NCBI GenBank assembly: GCA_012455605.1
Contig: GCA_012455605.1_3618.1
Reading direction: 5' to 3' (one strand)
DNA length: 64,000 bases
Source of the DNA: a phage
This document shows, piece by piece, positions 56,220 through 64,000 of this stretch. Made by a program: the position numbers and the translations under genes. Within the stretch, counting starts at the first letter, position 1, and every line of letters starts with the position of its first letter. The notes under the pieces are model-generated. The model was given only the letters and a program-made list of their open reading frames with translations, did not search any database and was not told the origin of the DNA.

Positions 56220-56645
56220 GTGGCAGCAGGTTATAAGCTGATAGGAAAGAACAGACTAATACCTCGTAAAACATTCAAAGGTCGCCACAGAGTGTATAAC
56301 AAAACAGTTGGTGGTCCTTTTGTCAACGAGGGGTTAGAGCTTGAGTATGAAGAGTTTGATGTCTTAGAGTGTGTTGTGCAGCCGTTGACAGGAAGGGCAG
56401 CTAAAGATTACTCCTCTCAAATAAACCCTGAAGGTGACAGACAGTACGAGGCTTTTACAGTTTACTCCTCAACCAAGTTGTATAGTCCGGACGAAGGAAC
56501 ATATGCAATGGCTGACCAAATTCAGCTGCCTGACATCCGTGGTGACTTGAAATGGTTTACCGTTTTAAAATGCGATGCATATGTTACCTCTGGTGGCGGG
56601 AGATATAGATTTTTTGTGGTAGAAGAGCCTGAAGGAGAGAACTGA
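56220..56645 (+). CDS. hypothetical head-tail connector/completion protein (GTG start)
   Basis: ORF; RBS aggggg. Confidence 0.4.
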   Translation: MAAGYKLIGKNRLIPRKTFKGRHRVYNKTVGGPFVNEGLELEYEEFDVLECVVQPLTGRAAKDYSSQINPEGDRQYEAFTVYSSTKLYSPDEGTYAMADQIQLPDIRGDLKWFTVLKCDAYVTSGGGRYRFFVVEEPEGEN

Positions 56646-57196
56646 TGGAAGCTTTCGAAAAAGTTTTTTCTGATCTTGAAACAACCATTGCTAAGCTCGT
56701 CAAGGTTGCCACAGGAAGAACTGTAGTTCTGGCAGAAAGCTCTACCATACCGAAGCCGGAAGGTGAGTTTGTACTTTTACAAACCTTGGCGATCAATCCC
56801 ACCACTTGGGAAGATAATGAGTTTCAAGATGCGGAGGGTAATGCTTACGTCACCCACAGCTACACTGTTACTTATCTATTAACAGCTTATCGTGGCAGGG
56901 CATATGCTGCACTTAGCAGAGTATTGCAAGCAATAAACCTTCCAATGTTTTATGACAAGTATTTCCCTCTGGGATCGTGCTTTGCCTACTCTAACAATTC
57001 AACAATCTCACCTCAAAGAGTGCCGTTGAATAAGCAGACGTATGAAAATAGAGCCACTGTGATGCTGACATTTAACGTAAGGTTTGTTGAAACAGACATT
57101 GGGGCTTTTGAGGATCTTCAGGGAATTAAGGCTGAAATAACCACACACTTCCCTTCACCCAATTCTGGTAAAGCGGTTACAGACAGTGGTCAGTAA
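56645..57196 (+). CDS. hypothetical tail completion-like protein
   Basis: ORF overlapping previous stop. Confidence 0.4.
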   Translation: MEAFEKVFSDLETTIAKLVKVATGRTVVLAESSTIPKPEGEFVLLQTLAINPTTWEDNEFQDAEGNAYVTHSYTVTYLLTAYRGRAYAALSRVLQAINLPMFYDKYFPLGSCFAYSNNSTISPQRVPLNKQTYENRATVMLTFNVRFVETDIGAFEDLQGIKAEITTHFPSPNSGKAVTDSGQ

Positions 57197-57268
57197 TCGT
57201 TATAATTGTGTAGTGTAATGATTACACTGCGTGTTTGATATCCGTGCACAGATATTAAGAGGAAACAA

Positions 57269-58645
57269 ATGCCATATTTAGATAAAGTGGTAGATGTTAC
57301 AGTTAACCTCGGAACCCAGCCTATTGACACTGTAGGTTTCGAAACTCCCCTGTTCATCGCTATCCACAATAACTTTACTGAGCGAGCTCGCGTATATGCT
57401 GAGCTGGATCAGATGGTGGAAGATGGTTTCGCACAAGGCTCTGCAGCGTATGAGTTTGCAGCAAAAGCTTTTGGTGGTGTATTCCCTCCACAATACGTTA
57501 TGATCGGCAGACAGGCCAAAGAAAAGACCACTGTAGATTTTAAAGGTATTGCTGCCGCAGCTGATACCGATGTTGTAATGACTATTGCAAAAGGTGACTA
57601 CAATACTGCCTTGATAGTCCCTATCTCTGGTGGAACAGGGGCAACTCAGATCGCAGAGGCAATGAAGGAAAAAATTGAGGCGGATGATAGCTTAGACGGT
57701 ATCACCGTACAGGCCGACGAAGGTGTTATCACCATCACTGGTGACTGCACTGTAGGTTATCATACTGGTAACTATACAATTAAAAATATCGCCAATGCTG
57801 AAAAACCTTCTACAGTAGTTGATAAGATCAATGCTGAGCGGGACAATTGGTACTTCCTGTGCCATGAAGACCACACCGACATTGAAGCATGTGCTAAGTG
57901 GGCTCAGGCCAACTACAAGCTGCACGTCTACTCTACTGCAGAAGATGTGACTGGCAAAGATAGTAACATCGCTACCAAACTGAAAGCTGCACAATATGAC
58001 AGTGTTGGCATGTACGATCCTCGTGCAGATAAGGACTTCCCGGAGGGTGGTATCATAGGTGCTATGGCATCCAACGATCCGTCCTACGGCGACAGCTTGC
58101 ACTTAAAACAGATGCCAGGTGTGATTGCACCGTCTCTGACTTTAACTCAGCGTATGGCTATTTGGGAAAACCACGTTAACTTCTACAGAATGATTAACGG
58201 TGTTGGCGCTTTCTGGGAAGGTAAGTGTGCTTCAGGTCAGTATGCAGACGCTATTCGTTTTGCACACTGGATCAAGTTCAGATCTGAAGAATCTATGTTT
58301 GGGTACATGCATCGTCGCTCCAACATGGGTTTAAGCATGAAGATGTCTGATGATGATCTTCCGGTTATCAAGTCTGTCCTGATGAACAACCCAATCAACA
58401 CTGGCATTAAGAATGGTGCGATCCTGACAGGTTTTGACGAAGACAACAATGTGTTCTACGACCCGATCATCACAGTTCCTAAACGTGCAGAGATTCCAAC
58501 CAATCAGTTGGCTGCTCGTGTTCTGGAAGGTGTGAAAGTAGAACTGGTGTATAACAACGCCCTGCACTTCGTTCGTATCCGGATCAACGTCCTTCTGGAC
58601 AAAGTTGGTTCTAAATCCACCAATGCTGTTGCAATGACTGAATAA
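57269..58645 (+). CDS. tail sheath protein (putative)
   Basis: 458 aa, high-expression codon usage, followed by a 157 aa tube-like gene, chaperone pair with frameshift, and tape measure. Confidence 0.5.
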   Translation: MPYLDKVVDVTVNLGTQPIDTVGFETPLFIAIHNNFTERARVYAELDQMVEDGFAQGSAAYEFAAKAFGGVFPPQYVMIGRQAKEKTTVDFKGIAAAADTDVVMTIAKGDYNTALIVPISGGTGATQIAEAMKEKIEADDSLDGITVQADEGVITITGDCTVGYHTGNYTIKNIANAEKPSTVVDKINAERDNWYFLCHEDHTDIEACAKWAQANYKLHVYSTAEDVTGKDSNIATKLKAAQYDSVGMYDPRADKDFPEGGIIGAMASNDPSYGDSLHLKQMPGVIAPSLTLTQRMAIWENHVNFYRMINGVGAFWEGKCASGQYADAIRFAHWIKFRSEESMFGYMHRRSNMGLSMKMSDDDLPVIKSVLMNNPINTGIKNGAILTGFDEDNNVFYDPIITVPKRAEIPTNQLAARVLEGVKVELVYNNALHFVRIRINVLLDKVGSKSTNAVAMTE

Positions 58646-58655
58646 GGAAGACTAG

Positions 58656-59129
58656 ATGGAAACTCAAATTTTAACTCCTTATGCTTATGATCCTAAAAAG
58701 GTCAAACTGTATCTGATGCAGCAGCGTGTCACTGGCTTCGCTGCTGACACCAAGATCGTTGTTTCAAGAAACGAAGACAACATCTACCCTCACGTTGGTG
58801 TGGATGGCGAAATGTCTGCTGCCCTGTCTCGTAACCAATCTGGTGTTATGACTGTATCTTTGCAGAACACTTCTGTATGGAACGCTTACCTTTCTGACTG
58901 GCAGAAACAGGCATCGATTACTGGCCTGGTATTCTTCCCGGTTCTGCTGGAAGGTAGCCAGGGCCCTGGTATTTCCACAATTGGTTGGATCCAGAAACAG
59001 CCTGACCTGACTTACGGAACCGAAGTAGGTCAGCTGGACTGGGATATCGGTATTCTGGATGCATGGCTCAACCGTGATAACATCACTGGTGCTCTTACTG
59101 GCCTCGCAGGTCTTGCAGGTATTATCTAA
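58656..59129 (+). CDS. tail tube protein (putative)
   Basis: 157 aa ORF directly after sheath; terminator follows. Confidence 0.45.
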   Translation: METQILTPYAYDPKKVKLYLMQQRVTGFAADTKIVVSRNEDNIYPHVGVDGEMSAALSRNQSGVMTVSLQNTSVWNAYLSDWQKQASITGLVFFPVLLEGSQGPGISTIGWIQKQPDLTYGTEVGQLDWDIGILDAWLNRDNITGALTGLAGLAGII

Positions 59130-59148
59130 GGGCACACTTTAGCATAAG

Positions 59149-59178
59149 CCTCACCTTCGGGTGGGGCTTTTTGCTTTT
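59149..59178 (+). terminator. rho-independent terminator (UUCG loop)
   Basis: CCTCACC-ttcg-GGTGGGG then TTTTTGCTTTT. Confidence 0.6.
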
Positions 59179-59219
59179 ATGGTTTTGACACACGTTCTTG
59201 AATTGCTTGAAAGGTTAAA

Positions 59220-59248
59220 TTGACAATGCACCATAATCATGGTAAAAT
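59220..59248 (+). promoter_or_regulatory. sigma70-like promoter (TTGACA-17-TAAAAT)
   Basis: inside the tail module, upstream of the chaperone gene. Confidence 0.5.
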
Positions 59249-59291
59249 ACACAAATATGGTGCACAACATGACTAATAAGGATGCTATAAA

Positions 59292-59765
59292 ATGGCTATA
59301 AACTTTAGACCTACAACAGAGATTGATTTAGCAGGGCACAACTTTGTGATCACCCACTGGGGACCGATGAAAGCAATGAAAAACATGCCTAAAATCGGTA
59401 AGATTGTGGCTGTCCCGCTAGGTGCTATCGGTGGATCTATTATCTCAGGCGGTCAGAACATGGCAGAGGTCCTTCCTACAGCTCTGGCTTACCTGTTCCA
59501 AGAACTTGATGATAACTCTATTGAAGAGCTATTTAAAATCTTGTTCGAAGATATTACCGTAGATGGTGTGGATAAGCTTAACCCGGATGTTGTGTTTGCA
59601 GGGCATCTGCTGGAGATGATTAAGCTGGCAGGTAAGGTTCTGGAGGTTAACTACGGCTGTTTTTTCACACAAGACGGTTTAGGAAGCCTTCTGGAGATGT
59701 TACAGCAGATGGGTATGATTCAGCAGGTGAACAACCTGGATCAGACTCCGGAAGAGCAGGAATAA
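59292..59765 (+). CDS. tail assembly chaperone (G-like)
   Basis: 157 aa ORF upstream of tape measure; contains the slippery site. Confidence 0.5.
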   Translation: MAINFRPTTEIDLAGHNFVITHWGPMKAMKNMPKIGKIVAVPLGAIGGSIISGGQNMAEVLPTALAYLFQELDDNSIEELFKILFEDITVDGVDKLNPDVVFAGHLLEMIKLAGKVLEVNYGCFFTQDGLGSLLEMLQQMGMIQQVNNLDQTPEEQE

Positions 59766-60025
59766 GCAAGGTTGTTGTGAGGGCCAGTGAGTGGGCAGCC
59801 AAGAACAGTTCACTCAACTGGTTCGACTTTCTTTGGTGCAGGGTGCTCAAGAATTTCAAAGGGGAAAATTTTGAATCGCTAAATCTTGCAGATATGGCGT
59901 ATTTCCTGAAGCTCTGTGAGTATCTTGATATCGAAGAATTCCTAGATACCGTCCAAAACAGGGAAATGGAGCGGGAGCAGAAGGCTGCCGCAGCTGCTGC
60001 GAAAGCTAAGCGCAGGAGAGGATAA
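59651..60025 (+). CDS. tail assembly chaperone -1 frameshift extension (GT-like)
   Basis: -1 frame open through the overlap; track ORF 59777..60025 is its GTG-initiated part. Confidence 0.45.
   Translation, partial: LRLFFHTRRFRKPSGDVTADGYDSAGEQPGSDSGRAGISKVVVRASEWAAKNSSLNWFDFLWCRVLKNFKGENFESLNLADMAYFLKLCEYLDIEEFLDTVQNREMEREQKAAAAAAKAKRRRG
59660..59666 (+). other. -1 programmed ribosomal frameshift slippery heptamer T-TTT-TTC
   Basis: X-XXY-YYZ heptamer in the 0 frame (tgT TTT TTC); the -1 frame is open from 59651 to 60025. Confidence 0.5.
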
Positions 60026-60030
60026 TCTAA

Positions 60031-60066
60031 GGGCCGGATTCCTTTTCTGGGATCTGGCCCTTTTTA
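60031..60066 (+). terminator. hairpin plus T-run, terminator/attenuator-like
   Basis: GGGCCGGAT...ATCTGGCCC followed by TTTTT, between chaperones and tape measure. Confidence 0.4.
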
Positions 60067-60079
60067 TTATGAGGAAACC

Positions 60080-62416
60080 ATGGCTACAAACAAAATAGTT
60101 GCCACAACAGTCAACAAGATTGGCTTTGAGATAGAGAACTCCTCCTACAAAAAAGCTGTAGAGAAAATTCGCAGTATTGGGAGGGAGTTCAGGAAACTGG
60201 GCGAGGATTTTAACTCAGCCAACCCCATGAGTAGATGGCAGGCGGTAGCTGTTAAAACCCAGCAGACAATGCAGAGGGTTGCCAGACAGCAATCTCAGGC
60301 AAATGCTAAACTGCACAGAGAGAGCGTAGCACAGGCCAAGAAAGAGGCTGCAGTAAGGGCTGCAATAGAACGTAGGGAGAATGCGAGACGTAAACAAGCT
60401 GTAGGTAATCTTACCGCTAAAAATCCAGAAATGGCTAGGATGCGTAAGTTCTACCAGCAGCAAGCTAAAGAGGCCAAAAAGGCTGCCAAATCTGCACCAG
60501 TGTCTTACGGTGGTTATAAGGCACCTAAGGCAAGAGTTTTGGCTAATGCCAAATCTTTCAAATATATCCCCGGTAACCCTAATATGGGTGGTGTGGCTTC
60601 CGACCCTAACCTTGTGAAAGCTCAGACAGCCGCTATGAATCGTTATCATAGACAGCTAAGAAGAGACAGTAAAGCTGGTATGGATAATAGGCTTATGTCG
60701 GATCGTGAGGCAAGGAGAACCCACCTCTACAACTCCGCGATAAGACTTTCTGCCAAGTATGGGGCCGGATTCCGTGGAAGCTTGCCAGGATACTCAGAGT
60801 TAGAGTCCAGGTTTGCTCGCGGGGAGATGAAGAAGTCAACCTTTAACGCCCACCTGTCAGCGCTGCAGTCTGGGTTTAAAAGCGCCACCAGTCAAACGCT
60901 TACACTAGGCGATGCCATGAGAGACTTACGTAGATCTGTTATTAATGCAACAGCTGCGTATACAGCTTTTTCTGGATTTGCTGCGGTTAACAGATCTGGT
61001 CACATGATGGAGGGGGCAAGTGCTGCTCTTACTGCTGTTACTGGAGATCCAAACAAAGCCAACAGTGAGGTTGCGTTTGTCCAGCAAGAGGCTATGCGTC
61101 TTGGTTTTGATCTCAAATCTGGTCTTCAAGGTTACGCCCAGATGTCGGTAAACGCCAAAAACCAGATGACAAATCAGGAAGTGCATGAGCTGTTTTCTGC
61201 ATACTCCCAGTATGCTGCTGCTTATGGTGCCGATGAGGTAAAATACCAGCGCGGTATTATGGCAATCCAACAGATGCTTGGCAAGGGACAAGTAATGTCC
61301 GAGGAACTGAAGCAACAGCTTGCTGAAGCATTGCCTGGTGCATACGAACCTTTTATCAAGGCCACCAAAGAGGCTTTTGGTCTTTCTGAACTCTCCATGG
61401 ATCAGTTCATGGATATGATGAAGAAAGGCGAGGTTAAAACAGCCAAGATCATGAAGTATGTGGCTAAGTACATGAACGAGGCATCTGCAGCTGGTTATGA
61501 AAGAATGCAGAAGTCTAACGTGCTGGCAGAAAACAGACTGAAAACCTTTATCGAACTGACTCGTCAGAAACTGTTCACCCGTTGGTCTGACGAACTAACA
61601 GAGTTCTATTATACACTAATCCGCACTGGTGAGACTCTGCAATTTGTGTGGGATGCCTCTGGTGATTTTGTTAGCGGGTTTGTGAGAGGCCTTAACTGGG
61701 TAGTTGGTGAACTAAACAACACTATAGTCAAGATCCGCATGTTTTTCCTTGAATGGGGGATTAAATGGGGGTTCATAACAGCCAAGACGAAGGAATATTC
61801 TGAAGAGCTTCATGACACCTTTAGCTATGCTAAATGGGCAGGGTTTGCTGCTGCCATCATGCTGGTCGTCAACGCCCTAACAAAAGGTTTTGTCATGGCA
61901 TCTATGCTTGTAAAAACCTTTAAATTCCTTAACTCTCTAAGGGGTGCAGCTGGAGCAGCGGGTGCCGCTACTACAGAAGGATCTGGTGGTGGAGCTCCGG
62001 CAGGAAAAGGTGGAGGTGGCCTCAAGACACCTGGTGGCAAAGTTGGTCTGCTCGGTAAGCTGGGCATTATCGGTACAATACTGAGCGCCGGGGAATTATT
62101 TAATGACCGTTACAACCCACTAAGTGAAAGAAATCAGCAGCTGGATACTATCAGCGATATGATTCGCAAAGATATCATATCGGGAGGTAACGGGTTTGTT
62201 AATCCTTTGGACACCTTACCGGGCGGGACTCTTCCGTTGCCGGGTGGCCCTGGTTTTGCTTCTCAATTAAGAACTATGGAAATGCTACCTTTAGAGATCA
62301 GTGATGGGAAAATCACGATTTCAATAGATGAGGGTGAGTTTAACAAAATATTTGATGCAAAACTTGAGTGGGAGAACAATAAAGATATCAACTTCATGTC
62401 TACCGACCTTTGGTAA
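60080..62416 (+). CDS. tail tape measure protein
   Basis: 778 aa; N-terminal basic coiled coil, central hydrophobic and Gly-rich (GAAGAAGAATTEGSGGGAPAGKGGGG) segments; follows frameshifted chaperones. Confidence 0.7.
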   Translation: MATNKIVATTVNKIGFEIENSSYKKAVEKIRSIGREFRKLGEDFNSANPMSRWQAVAVKTQQTMQRVARQQSQANAKLHRESVAQAKKEAAVRAAIERRENARRKQAVGNLTAKNPEMARMRKFYQQQAKEAKKAAKSAPVSYGGYKAPKARVLANAKSFKYIPGNPNMGGVASDPNLVKAQTAAMNRYHRQLRRDSKAGMDNRLMSDREARRTHLYNSAIRLSAKYGAGFRGSLPGYSELESRFARGEMKKSTFNAHLSALQSGFKSATSQTLTLGDAMRDLRRSVINATAAYTAFSGFAAVNRSGHMMEGASAALTAVTGDPNKANSEVAFVQQEAMRLGFDLKSGLQGYAQMSVNAKNQMTNQEVHELFSAYSQYAAAYGADEVKYQRGIMAIQQMLGKGQVMSEELKQQLAEALPGAYEPFIKATKEAFGLSELSMDQFMDMMKKGEVKTAKIMKYVAKYMNEASAAGYERMQKSNVLAENRLKTFIELTRQKLFTRWSDELTEFYYTLIRTGETLQFVWDASGDFVSGFVRGLNWVVGELNNTIVKIRMFFLEWGIKWGFITAKTKEYSEELHDTFSYAKWAGFAAAIMLVVNALTKGFVMASMLVKTFKFLNSLRGAAGAAGAATTEGSGGGAPAGKGGGGLKTPGGKVGLLGKLGIIGTILSAGELFNDRYNPLSERNQQLDTISDMIRKDIISGGNGFVNPLDTLPGGTLPLPGGPGFASQLRTMEMLPLEISDGKITISIDEGEFNKIFDAKLEWENNKDINFMSTDLW

Positions 62417-62425
62417 TAAACTGTG

Positions 62426-62452
62426 CAGGGGGGCTCCGGCCCCCTTTATTTT
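62426..62452 (+). terminator. rho-independent terminator
   Basis: GGGGGC-tccg-GCCCCC followed by TTTATTTT. Confidence 0.6.
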
Positions 62453-62459
62453 ATCGGTG

Positions 62460-62488
62460 TTGTAAAAACGGCTATTTTATGATACAAT
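62460..62488 (+). promoter_or_regulatory. sigma70-like promoter (TTGTAA-17-TACAAT)
   Basis: directly after the tape measure terminator. Confidence 0.45.
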
Positions 62489-62521
62489 ATCTAGATGGTA
62501 TCGGAGTGTCCTGGAGAGGTT

Positions 62522-63406
62522 ATGCCAAGCAATATAGTTGATGAAAAAGACCTGTACAAGCCTCAAGAGGTTAAATCTCCAAAGGCTGAAAAGGCAGAGC
62601 AGCAAACTGAAAGCGATGTAAAGTACACTATGTTTGTCAGCGGTCTTAACTATGGCGGTCGCAATACGGAGATGAAGGGTAAAAACTTTACTAACGATCT
62701 TGCCATTATCTTCGATCAGGTTGAGAATTACTCTTTCAAACATTCTGTTGATAAGACTGGGTTTGCGGTGGAAGATAAATCTACCCTGTCAGACCACGCT
62801 GTAATTAAAGATGGTGTATTTTCTTTTACTGGTAGGGTAAATACATCCCCACACATAATTTATGAGCAAAACTACATTGATAGGAATACTGACTCTAAAA
62901 ACCCTGCAGCATCTATGCGACCAGGCGCTGCATTGGAGGCTTTGACTGAGATTATCAATAAGCGACAGTTGGTTTCTTTGGTTACCGAGGAGAGACTTCT
63001 TGAGAACTACATCATAACCAGTCTTTCTGCCAACAAGTCTGTTGGTGAAGGCGCTGCAATGGTGTTTGATGTAGAGCTTACAGAGTTCCGCACATTCTAC
63101 TTGAATAAGGTTGTTAATGCAACTGTATACAGCAATCCTAAGAAAGTAGGCAAAACCCAGCAAAAAGGTGCTGTCAACGACTGTAAGAATGGCAGTAACG
63201 TGGGTAACAAGAGGGACACAGGAGCATTCGCAGACACTGCATCCACAAACGCTGCAGAGGAGTGGCAGCCATACAAATCTATGATGTGGACAGATGAAAA
63301 CGGTGTTACCCAATCGGCTGCGGATTGGTATTATCAGGAATATGGAAGACCTTCTACCATAGTCCCCTCTGAGCAGGGAAACTACAACAAAGTTAACGGG
63401 AAATAA
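62522..63406 (+). CDS. hypothetical tail/baseplate protein
   Basis: ORF after tape measure; start at ATG with RBS ggagagg. Confidence 0.4.
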   Translation: MPSNIVDEKDLYKPQEVKSPKAEKAEQQTESDVKYTMFVSGLNYGGRNTEMKGKNFTNDLAIIFDQVENYSFKHSVDKTGFAVEDKSTLSDHAVIKDGVFSFTGRVNTSPHIIYEQNYIDRNTDSKNPAASMRPGAALEALTEIINKRQLVSLVTEERLLENYIITSLSANKSVGEGAAMVFDVELTEFRTFYLNKVVNATVYSNPKKVGKTQQKGAVNDCKNGSNVGNKRDTGAFADTASTNAAEEWQPYKSMMWTDENGVTQSAADWYYQEYGRPSTIVPSEQGNYNKVNGK

Positions 63407-63418
63407 GGAGAGCGTATA

Positions 63419-63799
63419 ATGGAGCTTAAAGATTGGTGCATAATTACCTTTGTGTGGGACATTGACGGCTTTCCTGATCAAACCATGCGTGTTGTTTTAG
63501 ACAATGAAACGTATGAAATGCGTATGCAATGGAATGAGAGGGATGAGTCCTGGTGGTTATCTCTTGGTCCAGTAGGTGACAGCCCTTTAGTAACCAGAAA
63601 AGTAACAGCTTGTCAAGATATTTTAGACGGACTGCATTACAGAGATGATTTACCGAAAGGTAGACTGATGGCGCTGTCGTTTAAAGACGATCAATATTGG
63701 GGTAGGGTTGGAAGATATAACCTTGGGGCGAGATCTGAGCTACAACTTGTATACGGCACCCCGGTTGATCTTTACAAGGAACAGCAAGGGTTAGAATAA
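63419..63799 (+). CDS. hypothetical tail/baseplate protein (126 aa)
   Basis: ORF with RBS aaggagag. Confidence 0.4.
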   Translation: MELKDWCIITFVWDIDGFPDQTMRVVLDNETYEMRMQWNERDESWWLSLGPVGDSPLVTRKVTACQDILDGLHYRDDLPKGRLMALSFKDDQYWGRVGRYNLGARSELQLVYGTPVDLYKEQQGLE

Positions 63800-64000
63800 T
63801 GGCAGAGTACAGACGTAGAACATGGCGATTATTGTTTGGTCGTCCGGTAGAGCATGGCGGTAAATCAAAAACCAATATCCCAAAATCTGTTGAAAAGAAA
63901 GGGGAGAGTGATTCCGGAGTTTATGAAGTTAGCTCAGACACTGGTGCCGCCAATATAGAGTTTGACATACAAAAGGACAATACCAAAGAGCCAAACAAAG
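63799..64000 (+). CDS. hypothetical protein (partial, runs off the window)
   Basis: ATG overlapping previous stop (TAATG); open to window end. Confidence 0.3.
   Translation, partial: MAEYRRRTWRLLFGRPVEHGGKSKTNIPKSVEKKGESDSGVYEVSSDTGAANIEFDIQKDNTKEPNK

Noticed and set aside
59185-59213. Second promoter candidate using TTGACA at 59185
   Set aside because: Its -10 (TGAAAG) is poor; the overlapping element at 59220-59248 has a good -10 and is preferred.

Overview
This 64 kb window looks like part of a large virulent tailed phage (myovirus-type tail module) infecting a Gram-negative host; all calls are from reading the sequence and ORF translations by eye, with no database search. Layout: (1) 1-1700, four small plus-strand genes, each with a near-consensus sigma70-type promoter and hairpin terminator; (2) 1700-4140, an ORF-poor region carrying several short repeat families; (3) 4147-41751, a long minus-strand block of small early genes (including two tandemly duplicated paralog cassettes and a ribosome hibernation factor homolog) followed by a nucleotide-metabolism and DNA-processing island (two N6-adenine methyltransferases, ClpP-like protease, PhoH, NrdG/NrdD/glutaredoxin/NrdB/NrdA, ThyX-like, HAD phosphatase, dNMP kinase-like, exonucleases, endonuclease VII, RuvC-like, HNH endonucleases, lambda R-type endolysin, DNA ligase, MazG-like, Sir2-family protein, RNA ligase-like); (4) 41852-45640, plus-strand polynucleotide kinase and metallophosphoesterase, an HTH-like gene followed by three palindromic operators and a GC-rich structured element, then small genes; (5) 45734-46543, a cluster of six tRNAs plus one aberrant tRNA-like gene; (6) 46968-64000, spanins and the late module: large terminase interrupted by an ORF-less group I intron, portal, scaffold, major capsid, sheath, tube, frameshifted chaperones, tape measure and downstream tail genes. 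Most interesting: the terminase intron, the split RNA-repair gene set beside a Sir2/MazG operon, the phage HPF, the Leu-like tRNA with an abnormal anticodon loop, and the repeat-rich non-coding region.
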